Shown here one piece after another: positions 1 through 10,038 of a stretch of DNA of 32,000 nt. Source of the DNA: Prochlorococcus marinus subsp. pastoris str. CCMP1986 (lineage in GTDB: Bacteria > Cyanobacteriota > Cyanobacteriia > PCC-6307 > Cyanobiaceae); contig NC_005072.1 of the NCBI RefSeq assembly GCF_000011465.1, forward strand, positions 420,001-452,000. The letters are read 5' to 3'. A program made the position numbers and the translations under genes. Positions within the stretch are counted from its first letter, which is position 1, and the number at the start of each line of letters is the position of its first letter. Below the pieces are notes generated by a model. It worked only from the letters and a program-made list of their open reading frames with translations. It made no database searches and was not told the origin of the DNA.

Positions 1-2
1 AA

Positions 3-509
3 ATTATATTCCCACAAAGTCCGAGAATATTAATTTCAATTTCAAAAAGAATTAATGTAAAAAATTCACTTAGCAAACTTAAAGAACAAGCAATGTTATT
101 TGATGATAAAAATTCAATTAATTGGTTAATTAATTCTGACGCTTCTGTTGCGATTATCCCCTTTTCACTATGCGAAAAATATCTGAGAGTTGATTCAAGA
201 CTTTCGATGGTTTTCCCAAATAAGGGTGTTCCTTTAATGTGGAATTTTCTTCTTACTAAATCAAAAATTAATAACATAGTGTTATTTGATTGGATTAAGT
301 CTTTAGAAAAAAGGAGTACTATCGATGAGTTAGCTAATCAAGGATGGTATTTACCTTTTAAAAATGAATATTCTCAGGATAAATACAATATCAAAACTGA
401 AAATAGTAATTATGGTCCATCTGAAAATTGTTGGGAAAATAGTTGGTCTTTTTCATCTCTAAATTATGAAGAGAAGGTAAATCTAGAAAATTTGTGGAAC
501 CAATCATGA
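3..509 (+). CDS. Probable ABC transporter periplasmic solute-binding protein (polyamine-binding PotD-like), C-terminal part, 5' truncated by window edge
   Basis: The frame is open from base 3 (IIFPQSPRILISISKRINVKNSLSKLKEQAMLFDD...), so the ATG at 93 need not be the real start. The segment VAIIPFSLCEKYL...VFPNKGVPLMWNFLLTKSK...LFDWIKSLEK resembles the C-terminal lobe of PotD-type binding proteins. Product assignment is tentative. Confidence 0.5.
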   Translation: MIFPQSPRILISISKRINVKNSLSKLKEQAMLFDDKNSINWLINSDASVAIIPFSLCEKYLRVDSRLSMVFPNKGVPLMWNFLLTKSKINNIVLFDWIKSLEKRSTIDELANQGWYLPFKNEYSQDKYNIKTENSNYGPSENCWENSWSFSSLNYEEKVNLENLWNQS

Positions 510-1649
510 ACCCCATAATCTTTTTTTAGGCTTTTCGATTAATAAGTTGTGAGTTTCTTTTAATAAAGCTGGAATATTTAATTTACTAGGACATTTTGGA
601 ATGCATTCATTGCAATCTAAGCAAAAAGAAGCATCTTTTTCTTCCCACCAGTGGCCTGCCCGCCCTATTAAATTATATCTTTCTTTAGCAAATTCTAATT
701 GGCCATACCCAATAGATATATTTCTCAAACGAAGTATCTCTGGAATAGGAATTTCGCTTGGACATGGTAGGCAAGATCTGCATTGCTCACATTTTGAAGA
801 CTTTAACTCCTCGTTTGCAAAATTTTCGATATTTTCTAATGCTCTAATTTCAGAAGATGTTAGTTTTTGAGTTGAGTTTATAAGCTTTTTTGCAATATTA
901 AAATCTTCAAATTTTGTAGCTCCTAAAGATAGAGTCGTGATTCCTTTCGATAGTAAAAATCTATAAGCTAGTTCCAAAGGATGGTATGGTGCAGATGCTT
1001 TTAATAAGGTTTCGCTTGGAGCATATAATCTTCCACCCTTATCAGCAGGTGATATTGCCAATACACCCATTTGCTTTTTTAAAGCTAGTTGGGCAAGGCT
1101 TATTTTTGATTGATCTAAAAAATGTAAATGAAGATTGCAAAAACTAAATACTTCACAGTTAATTGCATTCTCAATCAGTTTATAACTGCCATGTGAACTG
1201 AACCCAACTTGATCAACCAGGCCCTTTTTAATTACCCATTTTAAAAACTTTCCACCCTCTCCATTTAGAACCCAATCTAAATGCTCCTTTAAGTTTATTC
1301 CATGGATTGCAAGATTATTTATTTTCTCTAGCTTTAAATTTTTGAGTGAGTTTTCGAAATTCTCTTTTAAATAATTAAAATCTCCTTTAGGTAATACTTT
1401 GGTAGTAATTATCCATTCTTTCCTAAAAATATTTTCGGAAGTTTCTAATTCCTTTAATGAATCCCCGATCAGTTTTTCAGCATTACCGTAAGCAGCAGCA
1501 GTTTCTAAATGATTAATGCCCGCATCATGAGCACTTTTTATAAGGTAATTCATTTTATCAATATTTTCTGTGGCTCTCATTGTGCCTAAAGTAAATAAAC
1601 TTACATGGCACGCTTTCCCAAATGATCTTTTCTTAGAATGAATTATCAT
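504..1649 (-). CDS. Aldo/keto reductase family oxidoreductase with C-terminal 4Fe-4S cluster motifs
   Basis: 381 aa. AKR features include TLGTMR, HLETAAAYGNAE and VDQVGFSSHG. The C-terminal region has CEQCRSCLPCP and CLDCNECIPKCP cysteine motifs. Confidence 0.88.
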   Translation of the reverse strand: MIIHSKKRSFGKACHVSLFTLGTMRATENIDKMNYLIKSAHDAGINHLETAAAYGNAEKLIGDSLKELETSENIFRKEWIITTKVLPKGDFNYLKENFENSLKNLKLEKINNLAIHGINLKEHLDWVLNGEGGKFLKWVIKKGLVDQVGFSSHGSYKLIENAINCEVFSFCNLHLHFLDQSKISLAQLALKKQMGVLAISPADKGGRLYAPSETLLKASAPYHPLELAYRFLLSKGITTLSLGATKFEDFNIAKKLINSTQKLTSSEIRALENIENFANEELKSSKCEQCRSCLPCPSEIPIPEILRLRNISIGYGQLEFAKERYNLIGRAGHWWEEKDASFCLDCNECIPKCPSKLNIPALLKETHNLLIEKPKKRLWGS

Positions 1650-1760
1650 CTTTATATGATTAAGACCTACTTAATAACTTTTTAATTTATTTATAGTAGA
1701 AAATGTTTTAAAGTAAATCAAAGTTAATAATAGTTTTTCAAATAATCTTTATTTAAAGTT

Positions 1761-2420
1761 ATGTTTACAGGAATAGTCCAGGCAATAGGAAAACTTAAAA
1801 AAGAAAAAAACTTCTTAATTATTGAAATTCTAGATCAGCCTTTTGATACGCAAATAGGTGATAGTATTGCCGTTGATGGAATTTGTTTAACAGTAAAAGA
1901 GATTTCAAATAATCAATTTAAAGTAGAGGTAAGTGAAGAAACTTTAAAAAAGACTACTTTAGGAGAAAAATCTAATATTAACCAAATAGTTAATTTAGAG
2001 CCGGCTCTCCGTATCTCGGATCGTCTTGGGGGCCATATAGTTAGTGGGCATATTGATGGTTTGGGAAAAGTCGAAAATATAGAAAAACTTGAAAAATCTT
2101 GGCTTTTATCAATTAAGTGGCAAAATAAAAAATTTTCAAAATATATCGTAGATAAGGGAAGCATATGTGTCAACGGCATTAGCCTTACAATTGCAAAATC
2201 TGAAAATGAAGGAGAAATTTTTACGATTGCAATTATTCCACATACATGGGAAAACACTAATCTCAAAAATTTAACAATTGGCGATAGTGTAAATCTTGAA
2301 GGAGATGCATTAATAAAGTACGTTGAAAAACTACTTAAATTTAATAAGAATATAGATTCAGAAAACTTTCCGCAAGAAATCTCCTCAAATTGGCTTAAAG
2401 AGAATGGCTGGAATAAATAA
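1761..2420 (+). CDS. ribE: Riboflavin synthase alpha subunit
   Basis: 219 aa starting MFTGIVQAIG, with duplicated lumazine-binding domains (GDSIAVDGICLTV, RLGGHIVSGHIDG, YIVDKGSICVNGISLT). Confidence 0.96.
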   Translation: MFTGIVQAIGKLKKEKNFLIIEILDQPFDTQIGDSIAVDGICLTVKEISNNQFKVEVSEETLKKTTLGEKSNINQIVNLEPALRISDRLGGHIVSGHIDGLGKVENIEKLEKSWLLSIKWQNKKFSKYIVDKGSICVNGISLTIAKSENEGEIFTIAIIPHTWENTNLKNLTIGDSVNLEGDALIKYVEKLLKFNKNIDSENFPQEISSNWLKENGWNK

Positions 2421-2425
2421 TATTC

Positions 2426-2779
2426 TTAATTTAATGGAGTAAGGGAGATTATTTTAGAATCTTTTTTTAGATCAATTTTATATTCTTGACCTGGCTCTAA
2501 TCCTAATTTTTTTGTATAGGCATGACCTATCAATAAGTTACCGTTGCCATGAACTTTTGTTTTGAACTCTGCTCGCCTCCCCCTTGAAGATCTGTTCCCA
2601 GCCCTACCAGCGGCACTATTACTTAACTTGTACCCCTTAGCTTCAATAAGTGCTCTATAAAAACTTTTTCTTAAGACTCTTCCACTAGGACCTACATAGC
2701 CGCAGCCTCTTGCTATTTCATCCTCAGATTTATTGCTGAGTAATTTAGATTTTTCTAGAAGTTCTTTTCCTACAAGCAT
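2426..2779 (-). CDS. cyAbrB-like (AbrB family) transcriptional regulator
   Basis: 117 aa: LLEKSKLLSNKSEDEIARGCGYVGPSGRVLRKSFYRALIEAKGYKL...GRRAEFKTKVHGNGNLLIGHAYTKKLGLEPGQEYKI, the typical cyanobacterial AbrB-like arrangement. Confidence 0.85.
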   Translation of the reverse strand: MLVGKELLEKSKLLSNKSEDEIARGCGYVGPSGRVLRKSFYRALIEAKGYKLSNSAAGRAGNRSSRGRRAEFKTKVHGNGNLLIGHAYTKKLGLEPGQEYKIDLKKDSKIISLTPLN

Positions 2780-2876
2780 TATATGAGCTTTTTCTTATTA
2801 TATATTCTTACCAATAATGAGAATTGTGGCAATACAAGTTAATAAAAAATAGATTTTTTGAAGAATAAATTCTTTA

Positions 2877-3479
2877 TTATAAGAGATACAAAATTATAAA
2901 TAAAATAACCCAAATTCCATCTACGAAATGCCAATATAATTCAACAGCTTCTAATGGGAACATATTTTGATTAGTAATTCTTCCTTCCTTTGGTCTTGTT
3001 TGCCAAGAAATAATTAATATCATTAATGTCCCTAAAGTTACATGTAAACCATGAAAGCCTGTTAAGGCATAAAAAGTACTTGCAAATAAATTATCCGTTA
3101 GTCCGAACGGCAAATTAAAATATTCAAATAGTTGACATATTAAAAAAGTAATCCCAAGTAGAGCAGTGACTAGCAACCATTTTTGAGTATCAGAATTTTT
3201 ATTTTTAAGAAGAGCTTTTCCTGCTTTATGAAAAGTCGCGCTACTTACAAGCAATAAAATTGTATTTAATGTAGGTATAGGAAGTTCTAATTCATAAATA
3301 GCCCCATCTGGTAAAGGATTAACTGCTTTATATGTGAGGTAAGCAGCAAAGAAGCCAGCAAAAGTCATCCCATCTGCTATCAAAAAAGTTATTAATCCAA
3401 ACATCCTAAAGTCTTCATGATGTTCACTCGCCTCAATATCATTTTTTTTAATTTCTTTTGAACTGTCTAGGGTTGTCAT
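2877..3479 (-). CDS. ctaE: Cytochrome c oxidase subunit III
   Basis: 200 aa. Contains FYALTGFHGLHVTLGTLMI and WHFVDGIWVILFI. Lies directly downstream of ctaD. Confidence 0.96.
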   Translation of the reverse strand: MTTLDSSKEIKKNDIEASEHHEDFRMFGLITFLIADGMTFAGFFAAYLTYKAVNPLPDGAIYELELPIPTLNTILLLVSSATFHKAGKALLKNKNSDTQKWLLVTALLGITFLICQLFEYFNLPFGLTDNLFASTFYALTGFHGLHVTLGTLMILIISWQTRPKEGRITNQNMFPLEAVELYWHFVDGIWVILFIILYLL

Positions 3480-3491
3480 GTTTTTTCTTGA

Positions 3492-5117
3492 TTAATTTTC
3501 TTGAGAAATTGGTTTGCCATAACCATAAGGTTCTTCAACTAAAGGTGCTTCGCCTTCCCAATTTTCAACAGGTGGGGGAGAGGATGTTAACCATTCAGGA
3601 GTTAAAGCATTCCAAGGATTATCCCCAGAATCCTTCCCATTTTTAATACTTAAGAATATATTTACTAAGAATGGGATAGTACTTATAGCCATTAAGAGAG
3701 CTCCTAGGCTACTAATCTGATTAACAAATTGAAATTGTGGATCGTATTCCGCAACTCTTCTAGGCATTCCATTAAGACCAAGCCAATGTTGAGGAGCGAA
3801 GCATAAATTAAAGCCAATAAAAGTTATGGCAAAATGTAGTATCCCCAGTTTTTCGCTCATTAACTTGCCGGTTACCTTTGGGAACCAATGATAAATAGAT
3901 GAGAAGATAATAAAAACAGTCCCTCCATAAACTATGTAATGGAAGTGAGCAACAACGAAATATGTATCATGCACGTGAATATCAAAAGGTACTTGAGCAA
4001 GAGCAACTCCTGTAATACCGCCAAATACAAAATTTATAATAAATCCACATGAGAATAACATTGCACTATTGATAGATATTTTCCCACCCCATAAGGTTGC
4101 AACCCAATTAAAAAATTTAATTCCAGTCGGAACTGCTATAAATGCTGTCGCAATAGTAAAGAATAATCTCATCCAAGGAGGAGTACCACTTGTAAACATA
4201 TGATGAGCCCACACAACTAGACCAAGCACAACTATTCCCATTATTGAAAAAACCATTGTGGTATATCCAAAAAGTGGCTTTCTTGAATGCACTGGAAGAA
4301 TTTCACTTACTAGGCCGAAAGCAGGAAGAACCATTATGTAAACAGCTGGATGAGAATAGAACCAAAATAAATGTTGGTAAACAACTACGTTTCCGCCTAA
4401 AACAGGGTTAAAGAAACCGGTATGAGCAACAATATCAAAGCTAAGTAATATTAATGTTCCAGCTAAAACTGGAGTTGACAAAACTACTAATAAACTTGTG
4501 CCTAACATCGCCCAACAATACATAGGTAATTGCATCAGCTTTAATCCCGGTCGCCTTAATTTGATAATTGTTGCAATGAAATTTATCCCTCCAAAGATAG
4601 AGCTGCCTCCCAGTAATAAAACACTCATTATCCAAATGATTTGTCCTGATTGAGGGGTGGTTATACTCAAAGGTGGATAAGCCGTCCATCCTGCCTGTGC
4701 AGCCCCTTCAACAAAATAACTCGCTACTAACATTAAACCGGAAGGAGGTATCAGCCAAAAAGCTACAGCATTCAATCTTGGGAATGCCATATCTCTAGCT
4801 CCAACGTAAAAAGGAATTAAATAGTTCCCAAATGCACCATTTACTACAGGAACAATCCACAAGAAAATCATTATTGTTCCATGTAATGTTAAAACTTGGT
4901 TATATACATCTCTAGGCATAAAGTCCGACATTGGACTTGCTAATTCAATTCTTATTGCACTCGCCAAAGTTCCTCCAATTAAATAAAAAAGAAACCCGCA
5001 TACAAGATATTGAATACCAATTACTTTATGATCGAGACTAAAACTAAAATATCTAAGCCATCCTTTAGGTTGAAGACTTTTGAGATTAGAATCCTGTGGA
5101 TCAATTGATATCGTCAT
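3492..5117 (-). CDS. ctaD: Cytochrome c oxidase subunit I
   Basis: 541 aa heme-copper oxidase: LTLHGTIMIF, YQHLFWFYSHPAVYIMVLPAFG, HHMFTSG, HIHVHDTYFVVAHFHYI. Confidence 0.98.
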   Translation of the reverse strand: MTISIDPQDSNLKSLQPKGWLRYFSFSLDHKVIGIQYLVCGFLFYLIGGTLASAIRIELASPMSDFMPRDVYNQVLTLHGTIMIFLWIVPVVNGAFGNYLIPFYVGARDMAFPRLNAVAFWLIPPSGLMLVASYFVEGAAQAGWTAYPPLSITTPQSGQIIWIMSVLLLGGSSIFGGINFIATIIKLRRPGLKLMQLPMYCWAMLGTSLLVVLSTPVLAGTLILLSFDIVAHTGFFNPVLGGNVVVYQHLFWFYSHPAVYIMVLPAFGLVSEILPVHSRKPLFGYTTMVFSIMGIVVLGLVVWAHHMFTSGTPPWMRLFFTIATAFIAVPTGIKFFNWVATLWGGKISINSAMLFSCGFIINFVFGGITGVALAQVPFDIHVHDTYFVVAHFHYIVYGGTVFIIFSSIYHWFPKVTGKLMSEKLGILHFAITFIGFNLCFAPQHWLGLNGMPRRVAEYDPQFQFVNQISSLGALLMAISTIPFLVNIFLSIKNGKDSGDNPWNALTPEWLTSSPPPVENWEGEAPLVEEPYGYGKPISQEN

Positions 5118-5917
5118 AAGCTAACCTCAGTTTTTGTGTTTTTGTTAAACCAATCTTTGTAGTCAGATTCTTCTTCAACTATTATTGAAGCCCTCATCCC
5201 CCCGTGATAAGGGCCACATAATTCCGCACATATTATTGGATATTTCCCAACTTTAGTAGGAGTGAAATTTAATATCGTAGGTTGGCCAGGAATAATATCT
5301 TGTTTTATTCTGAATTCTGGCACCCAAAAAGCATGAATTACATCTTTTGATTCCATCTTCATAGAAACTTTGCGATCAACTGGAACATGAAGCTCCCCAG
5401 AAATAAATTCCCCTTTCGGATAATTAAATAAAAAGGCAAATTGCATAGCTGAAACTTCAACAGATAAATTATTGCTAGCAACCTCATTATTTGATGCCTG
5501 GCTGATTCCAGCCCATATCTTTTCTGTGTTGGAGGTCATCATTTCATGGCTATGATTTAGTTCTTTCATACCTCCCATTCGATCGTAAATGTTGTAGCTA
5601 TATAAACCTATTATTAAAACAATAATAGATGGGATAATTGTCCATACAATCTCTAGTGTTAAATTACCTTCTAAAGCTATCCCATCTCCATATTGATCTT
5701 TTCTTTTTCTGTATTTAAATAAACTATATATAACGGCTATGGTCATTCCTATGAAAATTATTAATCCAATGATAAAAAGAATTTTAAAAAGCTCATCATA
5801 TATAGGCGCATTTATACTTGCTTCAACAGGAAGTAAGTTAACATTAAATCCGATCCAAAAAGATATACCAAATACAACGGAAATTATAAGTATTAAATAA
5901 AAGTTTTTATTTAACAA
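5114..5917 (-). CDS. ctaC: Cytochrome c oxidase subunit II
   Basis: 267 aa. Contains the CuA motif CAELCGPYHGGM and an N-terminal TM hairpin. Overlaps the ctaD start by 4 bp. Confidence 0.97.
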   Translation of the reverse strand: MLNKNFYLILIISVVFGISFWIGFNVNLLPVEASINAPIYDELFKILFIIGLIIFIGMTIAVIYSLFKYRKRKDQYGDGIALEGNLTLEIVWTIIPSIIVLIIGLYSYNIYDRMGGMKELNHSHEMMTSNTEKIWAGISQASNNEVASNNLSVEVSAMQFAFLFNYPKGEFISGELHVPVDRKVSMKMESKDVIHAFWVPEFRIKQDIIPGQPTILNFTPTKVGKYPIICAELCGPYHGGMRASIIVEEESDYKDWFNKNTKTEVSL

Positions 5918-6169
5918 TTGAGGAAATAAATCTTATTTATATTTTCAACATATTCAATTTTTTTAATTTTGCATTGTTTGTTAATGGAAAATTATTGAAA
6001 TTCACAACTTCTTAAGATTTTAAAAAAAAAAGAAGTATTATTAACAACTTTTTATAGGTTTATGTCAGGAAAAAAAGATGAAAAAAACAAATAAATTTTA
6101 AAAATAAAACATTTACTTTTAATTAATGTTTGATATTTGAATCTAAATTAATATGCAAAAAGAAGAGCT

Positions 6170-7105
6170 TTGAATAATTTGTTCAAAAACGAAATATATC
6201 AATCAAAATACAAGTCAGTTTTCCTGAAATTGGGAACCCATACCGTTTGGGCCTTAATAGCCTTAATAGTTATTGGAGGCGCTACTAGGGTAATGGAGGC
6301 AGGTCTTGCTTGCCCTGATTGGCCTTTATGTTATGGGACTTTGCTACCTCTTAATCATATGAATTTAAGAGTTTTTCTAGAATGGTTCCATCGTTTGGAT
6401 GCTTTCCTTGTAGGGCTGTTAATTCTTTCTGAATTCATACTTTCAATAGTTTGGAGAAAAGATCTTCCAAATTGGTTACCAAAAACTTATTCATTATTAG
6501 TCTTCTTAGTAATTGTTCAAGGCTCTATTGGGGCATTTACAGTAATTAATTTACTTAATTCCTACTCAGTAACTGCTCATCTTTTGACAGCTTTTTTACT
6601 CCTGATAACAACAATAACTATCAATCAGAATCTAGAAAATAATGGGGTTAATAAATCATTGACTTGGTGGAAGATATTATTATTTCTCCCCCTAATACTC
6701 ACTTTGGTTCAATCTTTTATTGGAGTAAGGCTTTCATCAACTTGGTCTTCACATCTCTGCTTATCTTTTAATAAACAATGTTTAATTTTAGATACTCATA
6801 AATTATTTGCTATCCCAATTTCTATTTCTATTTTATTTATTTTTGCTATCTCAATATATAAACAAGATTTGTTCCAGAATAATTGGAGATACCTTTGCTC
6901 ACTTTTTTTGCTTTTGATTTTCCAAGTTGTTCTAGGAGTATTAAGCCTTAGAACTAATTTAAGTGAACCTCTTTTTGTTATTGGTCATCAACTTAATGCT
7001 TCTTTGTTAATTGCGACCCTAACATCATTGATTTTTAGAAATCCTTACCAAAATAAAAAAATCAATCAACCATTTAATTCAGTAATAGTAGGTTTAAAAT
7101 CATGA
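6170..7105 (+). CDS. ctaA: Heme A synthase (Cox15/CtaA family)
   Basis: 311 aa, TTG start. Contains [29 protein letters not shown] and [16 protein letters not shown]. Sits upstream of ctaB and divergent from ctaCDE. Confidence 0.93.
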   Translation: MNNLFKNEIYQSKYKSVFLKLGTHTVWALIALIVIGGATRVMEAGLACPDWPLCYGTLLPLNHMNLRVFLEWFHRLDAFLVGLLILSEFILSIVWRKDLPNWLPKTYSLLVFLVIVQGSIGAFTVINLLNSYSVTAHLLTAFLLLITTITINQNLENNGVNKSLTWWKILLFLPLILTLVQSFIGVRLSSTWSSHLCLSFNKQCLILDTHKLFAIPISISILFIFAISIYKQDLFQNNWRYLCSLFLLLIFQVVLGVLSLRTNLSEPLFVIGHQLNASLLIATLTSLIFRNPYQNKKINQPFNSVIVGLKS

Positions 7106-8100
7106 AAAGTAATTTAGAAAACTTAAATTTCCAGACTTCAATTCGTGAACAAGTTGTACCTTCAAGAAAAAAAGTAAAACTACCTGCGTGGCTTGAAGTT
7201 GCCAAGCCTAGGTTGATTCCATTATTACTGGCTACAACTTTAGGAGGAATGGCATTAACGGAAGAATGGCCTTTATCCTCTCCTAAGCTTATATGTACAT
7301 TAGGAGGAGGTGCCTTGGCAGCTGCGGCAGCTGGAGCGCTTAATTGTTTGTGGGAAATGGACCTAGATAAGAGGATGAAAAGGACAAGTGATAGAGCTTT
7401 ACCATCAGGTAAATTATCATTTAATACTGTTTTTTTAGGTGCAGTATCTTGTACATTGGCAGCTGCAATGCTTTTGATAAGTGGGGTAAATTATTTAGCT
7501 GCTGGTTTAACATTGTTGGGATTATGTAGTTATGTAATTTTATATACGATAATTCTTAAACCAAGAACAACTCAAAATATTGTTTTTGGTGGTGTTGCAG
7601 GAGCCATACCTCCTTTAGTAGGAGCTTCGGCAGCCACCGGTCATGTAGGACTTAGTGGTTGGTGGTTATTTAGTTTGGTAATGCTTTGGACCCCAGCTCA
7701 TTTTTGGGCTCTTGCAATTTTATTAAAAGATGATTATGCGTCTGTAGGTATACCTATGCTCCCTTCCGTTAAGGGTTCAGAGTTTACCGTCAAAGCTATT
7801 TCTCGCTACGGATGGGCAACTGTTTTTATGAGTATTCTTGGAGTTTTTGCTTTACCTGAGGGAGGAATCCTTTATCTAATAATGCTTTTACCTTTTAATG
7901 GAAGACTTTTACAATTAATAAATAGATTGAAAAGTTCACCAGACGATTTAGAAAAAGCTAAAGGATTATTCAGATGGTCAATACTTTATATGTTTGGTAT
8001 TTGTCTGTTGCTATTGATTTCAAGAACTCAACTTTCTGTGGATTTTGAACATCAGTCTATGCAAATGTTCTTATCATTAAAGGCATACTTTAATTATTAG
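7102..8100 (+). CDS. ctaB: Protoheme IX farnesyltransferase (heme O synthase)
   Basis: 332 aa. Contains [42 protein letters not shown] and [16 protein letters not shown]. Start overlaps the ctaA stop (ATGA). Confidence 0.95.
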   Translation: MKSNLENLNFQTSIREQVVPSRKKVKLPAWLEVAKPRLIPLLLATTLGGMALTEEWPLSSPKLICTLGGGALAAAAAGALNCLWEMDLDKRMKRTSDRALPSGKLSFNTVFLGAVSCTLAAAMLLISGVNYLAAGLTLLGLCSYVILYTIILKPRTTQNIVFGGVAGAIPPLVGASAATGHVGLSGWWLFSLVMLWTPAHFWALAILLKDDYASVGIPMLPSVKGSEFTVKAISRYGWATVFMSILGVFALPEGGILYLIMLLPFNGRLLQLINRLKSSPDDLEKAKGLFRWSILYMFGICLLLLISRTQLSVDFEHQSMQMFLSLKAYFNY

Positions 8101-8136
8101 ATTGATGTAAAGTATTAGAGGATAAATTTTAGTTTG

Positions 8137-9153
8137 ATGAATTATATACAAATTAAGGATCTTTCAAAATCATATTCTGATATTAAGGCATTAAAAAATT
8201 TATCAATGGAAATTAATGCAGGTACATTATTTGGAATCTTAGGTCCAAATGGTGCAGGTAAGTCTACTCTCATAAAAATACTAGCTACTTTAGTAGAACC
8301 AGATGGTGGTGAGGTTTTTGTAAATAATATCAATTTAATTAAAAATCCAAGAAAAATTAGAGAATTAATTGGTTATGTGGCTCAAGATATTGCTCTCGAT
8401 AAAATCCTTACAGGGCGAGAGTTATTAGATTTTCAGTCGGATTTATATCATATGAATAAAAAGGAAAAATACGAAAGAATAAAATTATTAATAAATCAAT
8501 TAGAGATGAATGATTGGATTGATAGAAAATGCGGAACATATTCAGGAGGAATGAAAAGAAGAATAGATTTGGCTGCAGGCCTTTTACATTTGCCCAAAGT
8601 TTTAATATTAGATGAACCAACGGTAGGTTTGGATATTGAAAGTAGAAATATAATTTGGCAACTTTTGAAAGATTTGAAGAATGATGGCATGACTATTATT
8701 TTGAGTAGTCATTATCTTGATGAAATAGATAAATTAGCCGATAGTTTGGTAATAATTGATGATGGTAAAGTTATAGCTCAAGGAACACCTGCTCAACTTA
8801 AAAATAAATTAGGAGGAGATAGAATAACTTTAAAAGTAAGAGAATTTAGTAATCATGAAGAGTCTAAAAAAATTAGTGAAATTTTATCCTCAATCAATGG
8901 AATCAGCCAGATTATCATAAATAAGGCTCAAGGTTATGCAATTAATTTTGTAGTAGATAAGGAAAAGGATTTGCTCACAAAACTAAAAGTAGAATTAGCT
9001 TTTTCAAAGTTTGAAATTTTTTCTCTTGCTCAAAGTCAACCTAGCTTAGATGATGTATATCTACAGGCGACTGGCAAAACATTATTAGATGCTGAAATTT
9101 CTATGACTGGGAAAAGAGATCTAAAAAAAGAATCGAAGCAATCAATGAGATAA
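8137..9153 (+). CDS. ABC transporter ATP-binding protein (drug/ABC-2 exporter type)
   Basis: Walker A GPNGAGKST, signature YSGGMKRR, Walker B VLILDEPTVGLD, H-loop SSHY. The track starts at 8134 (TTG); an ATG at 8137 is the more likely start. Confidence 0.93.
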   Translation: MNYIQIKDLSKSYSDIKALKNLSMEINAGTLFGILGPNGAGKSTLIKILATLVEPDGGEVFVNNINLIKNPRKIRELIGYVAQDIALDKILTGRELLDFQSDLYHMNKKEKYERIKLLINQLEMNDWIDRKCGTYSGGMKRRIDLAAGLLHLPKVLILDEPTVGLDIESRNIIWQLLKDLKNDGMTIILSSHYLDEIDKLADSLVIIDDGKVIAQGTPAQLKNKLGGDRITLKVREFSNHEESKKISEILSSINGISQIIINKAQGYAINFVVDKEKDLLTKLKVELAFSKFEIFSLAQSQPSLDDVYLQATGKTLLDAEISMTGKRDLKKESKQSMR

Positions 9154-9206
9154 AATAATAAATTTTTTGATAATTAATTATAATAATGATTAAAAGTTCT
9201 TAAATA

Positions 9207-10031
9207 ATGGAATTAAAACAATATAATTTATTTTTTTTATATCAAGAAACTGTTGCTTTAACCAAAAGATTATTTATCCAATTAAAAAGAAGACCTTCTA
9301 CTCTTTTAGCGGGCATATTGCAACCTATAATTTGGCTCTTTTTATTTGGAGCTCTTTTCTCAAAAGCTCCTGAAGGTTTTCTACCAGGAGTTGATTCTTA
9401 TGGGAATTTTTTGGGAGCAGGACTAATTGTTTTTACTGCTTTTAGTGGAGCGTTGAATTCAGGCTTGCCTTTAATGTTTGATAGAGAGTTTGGCTTTTTA
9501 AATAGGTTACTTGTTGCACCTCTAGCGAGTAGATTGTCTATTGTTTTATCCTCATTCTTTTACATAACTATTCTGAGTTTTGTTCAAAGTATTGTGATAA
9601 TGATTGTTTCATTTGTTTTGGGTTATGGATGGCCTGACTTTTATGGGTTAGGAATTGTTTTTACAACATTAATATTATTAGTACTCTTTGTGACATCAAT
9701 AAGCCTCTGTTTGGCTTTTATTTTACCTGGTCATATTGAATTAATTGCTCTTATATTTGTAATAAATTTGCCTCTTCTTTTTGCAAGTACTGCGTTAGCA
9801 CCCATTTCTTTTATGCCAAATTGGTTAGGGTGGCTAGCCTCCTTAAATCCATTAACTTTTGCGATTGAACCTATCAGGATTGCTTATACTCAAACTATCA
9901 ATTTAGATGTGGTAGCTTTACACGCACCATATGGTGACTTAACTTGTAAGAGTTGTATCTCAATTTTATTTTCTCTAACAGTTTTTTCCTTAATTATTAT
10001 AAGACCACTGTTAAATAGAAAATTAAATTAA
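9207..10031 (+). CDS. ABC-2 type transporter permease
   Basis: 274 aa with about six TM segments. Contains IQPIIWLFLFGALFSKAP and FDREFGFLNRLLVAPL. Follows the ATPase gene on the same strand. Confidence 0.9.
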   Translation: MELKQYNLFFLYQETVALTKRLFIQLKRRPSTLLAGILQPIIWLFLFGALFSKAPEGFLPGVDSYGNFLGAGLIVFTAFSGALNSGLPLMFDREFGFLNRLLVAPLASRLSIVLSSFFYITILSFVQSIVIMIVSFVLGYGWPDFYGLGIVFTTLILLVLFVTSISLCLAFILPGHIELIALIFVINLPLLFASTALAPISFMPNWLGWLASLNPLTFAIEPIRIAYTQTINLDVVALHAPYGDLTCKSCISILFSLTVFSLIIIRPLLNRKLN

Positions 10032-10038
10032 TAAATTT

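Noticed and set aside
601-870. 89-aa plus-strand ORF opposite the aldo/keto reductase gene
   Set aside because: Antisense shadow of the Cys-rich C-terminal domain, with no recognisable family and no independent signal.
1913-2266. 117-aa minus-strand ORF inside ribE
   Set aside because: Fully antisense to a confidently assigned conserved gene.
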